Shown piece after piece: positions 10,122-19,095 of a DNA stretch of 49,969 nucleotides. How positions within the stretch are numbered: the first letter of the stretch is position 1; the number at the start of each line of letters is the position of its first letter. Source of the DNA: a virus (Duplodnaviria > Caudoviricetes); the IMG/VR virus record IMGVR_UViG_3300009426_000008, positions 1 through 49,969 of that record; one strand, written 5' to 3'. The notes below the pieces were generated by a model. It made no database searches and was not told where the DNA came from. It was given only the letters and a program-made list of their open reading frames with translations. A program made the position numbers and the translations under genes.

Positions 10122-11774
10122 ATGCCAGGCAATAGAAAATTTACTCGTATTCCACCAGAGAGTACCGGTGATAGAATTCGTGTCTCCGCACACACTAATA
10201 TCTTCTATACAGGAAAAGTAGATGATATTTCACCAGGTAATCAATTGTTACTTGCGACTTCCGGATTGACAGGAACAATTGCCCGCGTCCGTGAGGATAC
10301 GGTTTCAACTGGTATGATTTCCGTCAACTGGTCCGAGATTAGCGATGACAATGACGCAACTACACCAGTTACTGGTGAGAATATTACACTTGCCCCTGCA
10401 AGTGGCGGTGCCTATGTTACTGTTGCAACTGTTGCCACATCAACACCATTTGACACATACACAAATGTTAACACACTTGTTAGCTACGACAACCATTACA
10501 GGGGCCAAAAAGTTTCACCACAAGGCGAAGCATATGTACGATTTGGTGATGGTGCAGCGCGTGTTGGTGCTGACGGTAAACTTGAAGTTGAAACAGCTAA
10601 CGTGCTTGCGGAATATCCATTTACATACACAGCATTAAGTGAAGAATTTGCGGACCTCTCTGCAGGATCCGCAACAGTAACACATGAAAACACAAGCGGC
10701 GCATTATTATTGACTACAACGACAGGCGCAACTGATCTTGCAAAATATCGCTCACATCTGTATCACCACTATGTTCCGGGCGTCCCAGTTATCGCCGAGC
10801 AGACTGTTGTGCTTAGTGATACTGGTAAAGCTAACCAAACGTCACGTTGGGGCATGTTTGATGACAATGATGGATTGTTTTATGAAGTTGTAAACGGTGT
10901 TATTAGCCTCGTGCGCAGAACGTCCACCTCCGGCTCAGCAGTTGAGACTCAAATTTTACGCGATGACTGGAATGGCGATCAACTTACAGGTATGGGAGAT
11001 CAAACCAATCCAAGTGGTGTCTTGCTTGATCTAACAAAATTGAATGTATGGTGGATTGACTATACGTGGCACGGTGCTGGCATTGCGCGTTTTGGTATAT
11101 TTGCTGGTGGACAACGAATTACTTGCCACGCTGAAAGCTTTGCAAACACAGATACAGTAGCATATATGCGACGAGCAAGTTTACCTATTAGCTGGGAAAT
11201 TGAAAACACTGGAGTTACAGCAAGTACAAGTGAGATGCGATGCTGGTCCGCAAGCGTAGCAATTGGTGGACCAACAGAGCCCCTGCAAGAGGCAAAAACA
11301 TGGACAAATTCATCAGCAGGTCCAATTATTTTAAGTGGGGCAACTGAAACAGCATTTTTTAGTTACCGTCCAAAAGCCATATTTAATGGTATCGAAAATC
11401 ACTGTGTCGCAGCGGCTCAACGCTTTAATGCGATGGCGTATGATAGCGTAACTGGCGATAATGGGCGTGTAAGGATTAGGGTTTATGTTGCCGCTACATT
11501 AGCTGCACCAACTTGGACTTCAAAGGGCGATGAAAGTTGCTTAGAAATTGACACAGTAGGAACACTATCAAGTCCCGGAATATTAATCTCAGAGTTTTAT
11601 CTTTATGGTGATAGAACATGGGATTTTGCTGATATTATTACAATAGCATATAGAAATGTAATACGTAGGGCAGACGGTACAATACCCGAATACACGTTTA
11701 CAGCGCAGCGTGAATTTGGAACTAACGATATGGCGTTTGATTTTCAAATACGCTGGAAAGAAATAATAGGATAA
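10122..11774 (+). CDS. Virion protein with lectin/ConA-like domain, paralog A
   Basis: 550 aa; shares TRIPPESTGDRI, YHHYVPGV, WG.FDD..G, W.G.G..RFGI with next gene. Confidence 0.7.
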   Translation: MPGNRKFTRIPPESTGDRIRVSAHTNIFYTGKVDDISPGNQLLLATSGLTGTIARVREDTVSTGMISVNWSEISDDNDATTPVTGENITLAPASGGAYVTVATVATSTPFDTYTNVNTLVSYDNHYRGQKVSPQGEAYVRFGDGAARVGADGKLEVETANVLAEYPFTYTALSEEFADLSAGSATVTHENTSGALLLTTTTGATDLAKYRSHLYHHYVPGVPVIAEQTVVLSDTGKANQTSRWGMFDDNDGLFYEVVNGVISLVRRTSTSGSAVETQILRDDWNGDQLTGMGDQTNPSGVLLDLTKLNVWWIDYTWHGAGIARFGIFAGGQRITCHAESFANTDTVAYMRRASLPISWEIENTGVTASTSEMRCWSASVAIGGPTEPLQEAKTWTNSSAGPIILSGATETAFFSYRPKAIFNGIENHCVAAAQRFNAMAYDSVTGDNGRVRIRVYVAATLAAPTWTSKGDESCLEIDTVGTLSSPGILISEFYLYGDRTWDFADIITIAYRNVIRRADGTIPEYTFTAQREFGTNDMAFDFQIRWKEIIG

Positions 11775-11777
11775 CAC

Positions 11778-13406
11778 ATGGCAGGCGAACGTAGATATAC
11801 AAGAATTCCACCAGAGAGCACCGGCGACCGTATCCAAATGAAATACAGTGTTGAGGTTGGTTATAATAACCGTACAGTAGTATTTGTAGTTGGAGAGGAA
11901 TACATTTTCCTAACAAGCGGCTTTGATGGACGGTTAACACGGATTCGACAAGATACAGCCACAACAGGTTCACTTGTTTTTACTCCAAATATTAATAGTG
12001 AAGACAACAACATCGTCCCAGTTGCTGGTGAAACAATTCAACTTGAGGGCGGCGGCAACGTCGCTGAAGTTAGTTCAGTTAATGTGCTTGATTTATATAC
12101 CCCAGTCAATAAGCTGGTTGGTTGGACTGATAGTTACAATGGTTTAGAGATTGATAGAGACGGGTCAGCACAAGTTAGATTTGCTGAAGGTCCTGCTTCA
12201 CTTGACGGCTTTGGTAAGTTGCGTGTTAGTAACTCAGTATCGCAAGGCGACTATTCATTCCCACAAGACCTACAGTCAAAACTCTGGTCACTTACAACAG
12301 CTAGTTCGGGCACTGTTACGCACAGTGCTGCTGGCAAGTATGCTTTGTTTTCAACAACCTCGGCGGCTGGTGATATTGCGCAATATAGAACAGATCAATA
12401 TCACCACTATGTTCCGGGCGTCTCACAAACAACATTAATGACCATTATGTCAGGCGATGCTGGTAAAGCTGGGGTGTTACGTGAATGGGGATATTTTGAT
12501 GATGAAAACGGAATGGGCTTTAGACTGGATGGCACACAACTTAGTGTTTTTGTGCGAAGTTCCGTTAGTGGTGCTACAACTGAAACAGTAATTAATCAAA
12601 CTGATTGGGCCGATGATACGTTTGATGGCAGTGGTGATTTGAACAACCCATCCGGTGACACAATTGATTTAACTGCGATTAACATCTACTGGATGGATAT
12701 ACAATGGCTAGGTGGTGGCCGAATTAGATTTGGTATATATGAGCGCGGTTTGCGCCGCCAAGTGCACGAATACTATCACGCAAACTTATTTCCATATGCA
12801 AACATGCAAAAAGGCTCACTGCCAGTTACAGTGAGACAGGAAAACACAGGAGCCCCAGGTTCTACAAGTGAATTGAAGTTGGTTTGTTGTGGTGTTCTTG
12901 CTGAAGGTCTCGGAGATCTTAAAGAACATGGCGGCTTCTTTAGTGCAGAATTGGCTGGGCAAACGTCAGGCGCAGGCGAGACGTACATTGGCGGTGTACG
13001 TCCTATTGCAACTTTTCCAAGCGGCGACATAAATCATAACACATATTTCCCATACAAATTGCGATTGGGAGCATGGGACACAACCGCAAATGCTGCATCG
13101 ATGGTTAAGATCTCTATATATGGTGGATCCACAATTACGACACCAACATGGGTACAAAAGCCGGGTACAGAATGGGAAGTTGATACAGCAGGAACTTTTA
13201 CTTCTCCGGGCTTATTGGTTGGTGAATTTTTTGTAAATGGTGTTGACACCCAAGATTTATCGGACGCATTTGCTAATGTGCAAACTGCCGTGCGCAACAA
13301 AGCAGACGGCACACAAGCCTCGTTTTATTTTACAGCAACCCGGCTATTTGGTGTAAATGATGTAGAAATAGCAATCAGTGCAGGAATTAGGGGACTTCAT
13401 AACTAA
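11778..13406 (+). CDS. Virion protein with lectin/ConA-like domain, paralog B
   Basis: 542 aa, colinear paralog of 10122-11774. Confidence 0.7.
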   Translation: MAGERRYTRIPPESTGDRIQMKYSVEVGYNNRTVVFVVGEEYIFLTSGFDGRLTRIRQDTATTGSLVFTPNINSEDNNIVPVAGETIQLEGGGNVAEVSSVNVLDLYTPVNKLVGWTDSYNGLEIDRDGSAQVRFAEGPASLDGFGKLRVSNSVSQGDYSFPQDLQSKLWSLTTASSGTVTHSAAGKYALFSTTSAAGDIAQYRTDQYHHYVPGVSQTTLMTIMSGDAGKAGVLREWGYFDDENGMGFRLDGTQLSVFVRSSVSGATTETVINQTDWADDTFDGSGDLNNPSGDTIDLTAINIYWMDIQWLGGGRIRFGIYERGLRRQVHEYYHANLFPYANMQKGSLPVTVRQENTGAPGSTSELKLVCCGVLAEGLGDLKEHGGFFSAELAGQTSGAGETYIGGVRPIATFPSGDINHNTYFPYKLRLGAWDTTANAASMVKISIYGGSTITTPTWVQKPGTEWEVDTAGTFTSPGLLVGEFFVNGVDTQDLSDAFANVQTAVRNKADGTQASFYFTATRLFGVNDVEIAISAGIRGLHN

Positions 13407-14026
13407 TGCCAAGCTTAATCTTCAACTATGGTGATTGGGACTTTTGGGAACTTTATAACCCATCTAATACCGACTATGGTAATCAAGCTGTCACGTTTGA
13501 TGGCCCTAATAAGTTGATTTTGATTAACTACGGCATTACTGATCTTGATTTCCGGACTGACATTTATTCAAACTGGAAAGAGTGGATGGGCGCAAGAGTT
13601 AATGCTCAGTTTTTAGAAGCTGTTAGTGTTGTTGGTGGTGACCCTCTACCAGGCTCGCGTATCTTGGGAAGTACCTTCTTCCTTGAGAATGGCTGGAAGA
13701 TTAGAAGCTGGGAAGGTGATCACATCCTTACAATTACTGGTAACGTGTTCTCGCGTGATGGTGAAGATCCTGTTCTCCCGCCGCTTGGTGACTTCAAAGT
13801 TACAGTTAACTTTAACACATCTACACTTGTTGAGGGTGGACGTCAGGTTGGTGCAGAACTTGGCATTGACAGCGTCATCCAAATTGATGAAGTTTGGAAG
13901 ATACACGGATTGGATATTAGCAACCCACTCAACGTTACAGGCACATCACGTAACGCAGACTATATTCAGCAAACCATTACTGACAATGGCGGCGGAGACG
14001 TGACCGTAACACGAACGGACACCTAA
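13406..14026 (+). CDS. Putative virion protein
   Basis: 206 aa, TAATG-coupled; FDGPNKLI...YSNWKEW...GGDP...FFLENGW. Confidence 0.65.
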   Translation: MPSLIFNYGDWDFWELYNPSNTDYGNQAVTFDGPNKLILINYGITDLDFRTDIYSNWKEWMGARVNAQFLEAVSVVGGDPLPGSRILGSTFFLENGWKIRSWEGDHILTITGNVFSRDGEDPVLPPLGDFKVTVNFNTSTLVEGGRQVGAELGIDSVIQIDEVWKIHGLDISNPLNVTGTSRNADYIQQTITDNGGGDVTVTRTDT

Positions 14027-14029
14027 GTC

Positions 14030-15214
14030 ATGGCCAGTAAAAAGGGCACCTCCAGAGAGATTATCACCCAGGGCTTATCTAGTCCAGACGGATTAGGTAT
14101 TGCAACCCAAGGTTTCATTGAACCGATTCTCGGAGATTTGATTTTTGGTGGCTCAGCTGGTGTAGTAATTCAAGGATCAATTGGCGGACTAGTAACAGGC
14201 GGTAGTGCCCTTGTTATTCGCGGATACCTTGTTGCTACTGACGGTGGACTTATAACTGGTGGCGTAGGCAACATTGAGTTTACCTCTAGTATTACTGGAT
14301 CTGGTGGACTTATATTTGGTGGCGCAGCAGATGTCACAACCAGTATTATACCAACAGTTGGCGGCAATGTTAGCCTAGGCGGTACTGCACAAGTTAACGT
14401 ACTCTGGAATATCTTCCCACAAGGCGGCATCATTACAGGTGGTGATGGTGTTGAAAATATTACTTACAACGTTCTTGGTGCAGGCGGACTTGTTGTTGAC
14501 GGCGATGGTAACATTAATGTTACATTTACAACTGGTGATGGAACTGATGGTGGTCTTAATACTGGTGGCGAAGCTGGTGTTGATAGTAACGTTGGTCCTA
14601 AGATATTTGGTCGCGGTGGTGCACGTATTCCACCTCGCCGCCGCCAGCCAACTACTGTATTCGAACCGCCGATTTACAATCCAGACCATCACCTACAGCC
14701 CATGGATTATCTCAAGAAGATCCAGGACGCTCTCGAGCAGGCTGCAAAGGAAAAGCAGGAACTTTACAAATACCTCAGTAAAGGCACCCTCATGGTGCAA
14801 GGTCGTGCGCAAGTCATCGCCGTGTTCAGAGATCAACCAGATGGACATATGGTAGTTGCTAATAACCCGCCACTTGTACCTATTACACTAGAACTACCTA
14901 GCGTATTCAGTAAGGGTGCAACAGCACGTGAAATATCAGAGCTAGAAGATCACCTATTCTTAAACGACATCATGGGTCTTGGCAATTACAAGATCAAGAC
15001 TGGTGTTAAAGCCCGTTATGTTCAACACTCTAAGAAAACAACAAGTGGCGCTGCTAAGGTAAGCTTTGTTAGTGGCAACAGCGGCGTCAAAATGGTAACA
15101 CGTGATGACAAGGTACGACAGAATGACGACGAGGCTATTATACTTGATATGTTGCCGCGCAGCCGTCAGGACCAGGAAGAAGAAGAACTGCGTCTTCTAG
15201 GAATCATTGATTGA
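14030..15214 (+). CDS. Gly-repeat protein (GG-h-h-x-GG-x-A/G repeats) with charged C-terminal half
   Basis: 394 aa with about eight GGLxxGG-like repeats. Confidence 0.7.
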   Translation: MASKKGTSREIITQGLSSPDGLGIATQGFIEPILGDLIFGGSAGVVIQGSIGGLVTGGSALVIRGYLVATDGGLITGGVGNIEFTSSITGSGGLIFGGAADVTTSIIPTVGGNVSLGGTAQVNVLWNIFPQGGIITGGDGVENITYNVLGAGGLVVDGDGNINVTFTTGDGTDGGLNTGGEAGVDSNVGPKIFGRGGARIPPRRRQPTTVFEPPIYNPDHHLQPMDYLKKIQDALEQAAKEKQELYKYLSKGTLMVQGRAQVIAVFRDQPDGHMVVANNPPLVPITLELPSVFSKGATAREISELEDHLFLNDIMGLGNYKIKTGVKARYVQHSKKTTSGAAKVSFVSGNSGVKMVTRDDKVRQNDDEAIILDMLPRSRQDQEEEELRLLGIID

Positions 15215-15239
15215 CACTGCGGTTGTGTCATGTTATAAC
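15211..15239 (+). promoter_or_regulatory. Sigma70-type promoter upstream of the structured RNA
   Basis: TTGACA-17 nt-TATAAC. Confidence 0.75.
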
Positions 15240-15245
15240 TATTGG

Positions 15246-15683
15246 TATGATAAAACAAATAATTAGATTCCCTATGAAAGTAGGGAAGAACTAGGCCGCT
15301 TAAAAGAAATTGTAGGCTGCCTGGGTTCGAGCAGTGTAGTCTATTAAGCAATGGAGGTGGGGCCTATACAAAATTCCACGCCTGCTCGGAAAGCCGAGGT
15401 ATCCCCTCATCACCAGGGCGTAATACTGGTGAAACACTAAAGGTCAAGGATTAGAAAAGCTATAGGAGACATGAACACTGCCTTAGCTGGTGCCCTGCCC
15501 ATCCTATAGGGTATAGTAAAAATGGCATCAACGCCTTGTGATCACGCCACCTATTTAAAGAGCGGTGGGGGAAGTATAGGCATGGTAACATGCAGAGTCA
15601 ACCCTTTAGGTCTTATAGGACGTTAATCTGTTCCAATAAGCTGTCAGGGCGTAACGCTGACGCCGGCGCAGCAACCGGCACCA
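15246..15683 (+). ncRNA. Candidate large structured non-coding RNA ending in hairpin-ACCA
   Basis: No credible + strand ORF; more than 10 helices found by eye, GAAA/GTAA tetraloops, long-range pairings; own promoter; near tRNA genes. Confidence 0.7.
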
Positions 15684-15699
15684 ACAAAAGGATTGTACG

Positions 15700-15849
15700 A
15701 TGGACGATGACGGTAAAGAAGAAATAGAATTGGATCTCGAGCAAGAAACGATTGACTATTTGGTCGAACGTGCTAAACTGGAAAATAAGACAGTAGACGA
15801 GATTGTTGAGGATATACTTCGCAAGGCTATGTCGCTGTATAAAGAATAA
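15700..15849 (+). CDS. Ribbon-helix-helix (CopG-like) small DNA-binding protein
   Basis: 49 aa MDDDGKEEIELDLEQETIDYLVERAKLENKTVDEIVEDILRKAMSLYKE, below track cutoff; SD AAGGA. Confidence 0.6.
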   Translation: MDDDGKEEIELDLEQETIDYLVERAKLENKTVDEIVEDILRKAMSLYKE

Positions 15850-15850
15850 C

Positions 15851-15924
15851 GCCCCTGGAGCATGACGGTTATGCATCGGCTTCTAAACCCGCGTATCTCG
15901 GTTCAAATCCGAGTAGGGGCACCA
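15851..15924 (+). tRNA. tRNA, best read with anticodon CTA (amber suppressor); Arg(TCT) less likely
   Basis: Acceptor GCCCCTG/TAGGGGC, D-stem GCAT/ATGC, T-arm CTCGG-TTCAAAT-CCGAG, CCA; CGG/CCG stem centres loop TTCTAAA on CTA. Confidence 0.7.
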
Positions 15925-15940
15925 AAACAAAGAGTGTAAC

Positions 15941-16126
15941 ATGACAAAGATAGTTCGTGGTCCAGTTGAGTCCAAGCAAAGCTATCGCAATCGTGTCAAA
16001 AAAGAGCAAATGATGCAAGACGTGATCGCAGCAGAAACACTTGAAGATTTAAAAATTGTGCTGTTAGATTGGATTGATGATAACTCCATTAGACGGCACA
16101 TACCAGCAGCATGGGACAGAAAATGA
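15941..16126 (+). CDS. Hypothetical protein
   Basis: 61-aa ORF. Confidence 0.6.
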   Translation: MTKIVRGPVESKQSYRNRVKKEQMMQDVIAAETLEDLKIVLLDWIDDNSIRRHIPAAWDRK

Positions 16127-16455
16127 CACATAAACCTGACAATTGGGTAGTTATTAAGTTTGAAGGTAAGACGCCACACTACAAAATCCTAGGAGGATGG
16201 AGTGGCGGGTACCTTGACGGTGATAGCTGGCGAATGAACAGCGGCATTGTTCGTGTTGAAGAAGATGAAGAAGACAAAAATCGTCTAAACTTCTATGGGG
16301 CAAGCGGGTCCTGTTATTCATGCCATAAGGAGTCATACACGCTTCGCATGAATAACGCCTTTGTTTGGGCGAAGCTAAATGAGCAGCATGGCGATAAAGT
16401 AACACTCATGGATGAAGATACAGACTGGTCCAAAATGGACTGGCTAATTTCATAA
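16123..16455 (+). CDS. Conserved phage hypothetical protein
   Basis: PDNWVVIK...GWSGGYLDGDSWRMNSGI pattern, recalled from large phages; ATGA coupling. Confidence 0.75.
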   Translation: MTHKPDNWVVIKFEGKTPHYKILGGWSGGYLDGDSWRMNSGIVRVEEDEEDKNRLNFYGASGSCYSCHKESYTLRMNNAFVWAKLNEQHGDKVTLMDEDTDWSKMDWLIS

Positions 16456-16465
16456 ATAGGAGCAT

Positions 16466-16541
16466 GCCGTCATAGCTCAGTTGGTAGAGCGCGTCACTTG
16501 TAATGACGATGTCCCGAGTTCGAATCTTGGTGACGGCACCA
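16466..16541 (+). tRNA. tRNA-Thr(TGT)
   Basis: Canonical cloverleaf, CGTCA-CTTGTAA-TGACG, encoded CCA; TAAATA box just upstream. Confidence 0.95.
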
Positions 16542-16549
16542 CAAACATC

Positions 16550-16840
16550 ATGGCAGACATTAAACACACAAACCGTGGATTCGCAATTGTTGAATTTACA
16601 GACACGCATAATAATAAATGCAGTCTGCAAAAGTCTAGTTCAGCAATGTATGATGCTGTTTGGTTGGGTATTGGTGATCCTGAGATCAATGTTATGGTTG
16701 ACGGAGGCTGGAAAGCACTTGCTATTCCAGAAGGCGCAGTTGTCAACTCACGTATGCACTTAACACAAAAGCAGGTGCGCGAACTGTTGCCACTGCTACA
16801 ACATTTTGTTGAACACGGCGATCTGCCAAATCAAGGATAA
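16550..16840 (+). CDS. Conserved phage hypothetical protein
   Basis: T.RGF....F.D.....CSLQKSS.A...VWLG...RMHLT; start moved to the ATG after the tRNA. Confidence 0.75.
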   Translation: MADIKHTNRGFAIVEFTDTHNNKCSLQKSSSAMYDAVWLGIGDPEINVMVDGGWKALAIPEGAVVNSRMHLTQKQVRELLPLLQHFVEHGDLPNQG

Positions 16841-16848
16841 ATAATGTT

Positions 16849-16952
16849 TATATGTATAAGTTGTATTTATAGTATGGGTATTTAAAGTTAGAAGATCTTA
16901 CACCCGAGATCGGAAACGCCGTTAATAGCAATAAGCTGTTGACGGCTTTTCC
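16849..16952 (+). ncRNA. Candidate small structured RNA or bidirectional terminator
   Basis: Hairpins GATCTT/GAGATC and GCCGTTAATAGC/GCTGTTGACGGC with G-U pairs on + strand; downstream of TAAATA 16838-16843. Confidence 0.4.
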
Positions 16953-16961
16953 TTGTGTTGA

Positions 16962-17348
16962 TTACAAAAAGATCGGTGGAGATATTTGACGTAGTCCATC
17001 ACTGAACATATCAAAGTTTTCAGCAAGCCTACCAAATATCTCACTGCCAGTCGCACTCGCCGCTGCACTATAGCTTCCACTGCCAATATCAATATAATAG
17101 CTTTCGGGCATGCCGCGATAGCCAGGAAAGATACCTGCCATCACGAGACAGCTATCGCCTAGTTCTTTTGCTGCGGTGGTTGTAGTGATGCTCATGTAAC
17201 GGAGACCAAAAGGCTCAACAAAGAAATCTGTCTTTTCGACGTGATCAGCTAACAAGACACTTACATACACTTTGATCTGAGGGTAAACTCGGAACGTATG
17301 TATTTCGTCTAATACTGCTGAAAATTTTTCAACATAAACGTCTTTCAT
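16962..17348 (-). CDS. Hypothetical protein (LGDxCL...GIFP...YY..IG..SY type)
   Basis: 128 aa from ATG 5 nt after TAAATA (17354-17359, - strand). Confidence 0.7.
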   Translation of the reverse strand: MKDVYVEKFSAVLDEIHTFRVYPQIKVYVSVLLADHVEKTDFFVEPFGLRYMSITTTTAAKELGDSCLVMAGIFPGYRGMPESYYIDIGSGSYSAAASATGSEIFGRLAENFDMFSDGLRQISPPIFL

Positions 17349-17361
17349 ATGTATATTTAGC

Positions 17362-17410
17362 TTGACAAGTAAGACACTTTGCCTTATAGTGGTATCGTAA
17401 GCAAAAGGAA
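17362..17410 (+). promoter_or_regulatory. Early promoter/leader cassette copy 1
   Basis: TTGACA-17-TATAGT-6-GTAAGCAAAAGGA. Confidence 0.9.
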
Positions 17411-17416
17411 TATAAC

Positions 17417-17665
17417 ATGGCAAAGTTTAATGATGAAGTTTTGATCCGTTGGGAAACGATGATCATAAACTATTTGGGCGATAATGGTTACAACATTGAG
17501 GCAATTGAGGACGTCAAGCTGGGTGTCGATGCCTGGGATATTGCACACAATTCTGGCATTATGAAGGAAGCATATACCGATCCGACGGTTTTCGATGCTC
17601 ACATTCAGACTGCCCTAGAGCGACTGTTCCCTAACTGCGTCTTCCGTGACAGGAAAGTTTACTAA
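17417..17665 (+). CDS. Hypothetical early protein
   Basis: 82 aa directly behind cassette SD. Confidence 0.8.
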   Translation: MAKFNDEVLIRWETMIINYLGDNGYNIEAIEDVKLGVDAWDIAHNSGIMKEAYTDPTVFDAHIQTALERLFPNCVFRDRKVY

Positions 17666-17668
17666 AAT

Positions 17669-18298
17669 ATGATTAACACGCCTGACACACAGAGAAAATT
17701 TCTCCAGTCATATGGGCCAATTGCGGATTTTGATTCGTTATTTGTGGCGTTGCGGAGGCACCTTGAAAAAGAAGCCCTGCAACTGCCAGGCAGTAATCGT
17801 CTCCTAGGTGTGTACTGGATTTTGGAGCGCACAAACGTACCATATCTTGGCAAGAGCATCGAGCACCGCCAACTTCACATTCAACGTAAAAGCTACAACA
17901 AAAACAAAGACCTGGGATACAGCGGCAAAATTTGGTTCCGCTTAGATCGTGATCTTGTCGGCAGTCCCAGTCATATGTTTGCAGGCAGTATGATTCATAT
18001 TGGTACAGGTGGATACAGTACATTTGGAGGTAAATGGCAAAATTTAGGACTAGAGTTGCAAAAAATGGAGCAAGGTATTCCGGTCAATCTCCGTCGTGAA
18101 TTAGCAGCATATTGTTTCCAATGTCATTTCTACGTAAGCGACTTTCCTGACCTTGATCAACTTGCTATCATGAAAAAACTTAGTGATCAAGAACTGCCTC
18201 AGAGAATTAATAACAGCTGGGTAGTTCATGGGTTAACAGAACAGGACGACGAATACAAAACTTATCTAAAGTCTCTGAAGGAGAGCACAAATGAGTGA
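17669..18298 (+). CDS. Hypothetical protein with MxKL motif
   Basis: 209 aa; DQLAIMKKLSD near C-terminus. Confidence 0.7.
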   Translation: MINTPDTQRKFLQSYGPIADFDSLFVALRRHLEKEALQLPGSNRLLGVYWILERTNVPYLGKSIEHRQLHIQRKSYNKNKDLGYSGKIWFRLDRDLVGSPSHMFAGSMIHIGTGGYSTFGGKWQNLGLELQKMEQGIPVNLRRELAAYCFQCHFYVSDFPDLDQLAIMKKLSDQELPQRINNSWVVHGLTEQDDEYKTYLKSLKESTNE

Positions 18299-18500
18299 TT
18301 TAATTGGTAAAAATGTAAAATGCTTCAATATGCCTGAGTCAAGCTTTTATGACGCTATTTCTGGCACAGTTGAAGAGGTTACGAATGGATGGGCCACAGT
18401 CCGTGCAACACAAGTAATGGATCGTTGGAATATTTTGTGGCAGGATCATCCCTCAAGCTGCCTAACATCCGCCCGCGTTGAAGATTTAGAATTGTCTTGA
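18291..18500 (+). CDS. Hypothetical protein
   Basis: 69 aa, SD AGGAG. Confidence 0.7.
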   Translation: MSDLIGKNVKCFNMPESSFYDAISGTVEEVTNGWATVRATQVMDRWNILWQDHPSSCLTSARVEDLELS

Positions 18501-18531
18501 CATTGGGCACAGTTTAAAGTAAAGTGGTATT

Positions 18532-19095
18532 ATGGATATAAATGAAAACCCAGCCGTAGTAGTCTTAGTTGGCCTTCCAGCCAGCGGAAAGACTCTAGGC
18601 CGCACAGAAGCCGCAGCGCGTGAAGCCGCAACCGCAGCAAGCCATCACTATAGCACTGATGACATTGTAGACCGTCGGGCCAAAGAGCTGGGCGTTAACT
18701 ATGACGAAATTTGGTCAGACTACGTCAAGGAAGCTACTGCTGAAGCTGATGCACTCGTAACTGAGGCTATCAAGGGTAAGCGCGGCGTCTTGTGGGATCA
18801 GACTAATATGAGTGTTAAGAAGCGCCGCAAGATTCTTAACCGCTTCCCAGATGATTATCGTATGGAATGCATCTGCATCCTACCGCCGTTCATTGCTGCA
18901 CATCAGATTGAACTTGAGCGTCGACTTGCAAGCCGTCCTGGCAAGAACATTCCAGCCTTTGTAATGGCAAACATGCTTAAGAGCTTTGAATTGCCTACCC
19001 TGGACGAAGGGTTTACCCGTGTCATGTATTTTGACATTTATGGTAACATGATTGACCCCAACAAAGCTGTTGAGCTTTTTGGCAAGGATAAATGA
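18532..19095 (+). CDS. P-loop kinase (AAA_33/polynucleotide kinase-like)
   Basis: [17 protein letters not shown]...R motifs; TTGACA-17-TAAAGT promoter ends 6 nt before ATG. Confidence 0.85.
   Translation: MDINENPAVVVLVGLPASGKTLGRTEAAAREAATAASHHYSTDDIVDRRAKELGVNYDEIWSDYVKEATAEADALVTEAIKGKRGVLWDQTNMSVKKRRKILNRFPDDYRMECICILPPFIAAHQIELERRLASRPGKNIPAFVMANMLKSFELPTLDEGFTRVMYFDIYGNMIDPNKAVELFGKDK

Noticed and set aside
15246-15683. tmRNA, RNase P RNA or group I intron identity for the large RNA
   Set aside because: No T-arm or G3-U70 acceptor before the CCA and no tag ORF ending in AA; no GAGGAAAGUCC or P4 consensus; no convincing P7 R/S elements and no interrupted host gene.
15851-15924. tRNA-Arg(TCT) reading
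   Set aside because: With loop CTTCTAA the flanking stem ATCGG/ACCCG is mostly mismatched and A20 is missing; kept only as a less likely alternative.
16481-16549. N-terminal extension of ORF 16481-16840
   Set aside because: Overlaps tRNA-Thr; the likely start is ATG 16550.
16885-16952. Hammerhead ribozyme
   Set aside because: A stem-GAAA-stem layout is present but the CUGANGA core is absent.
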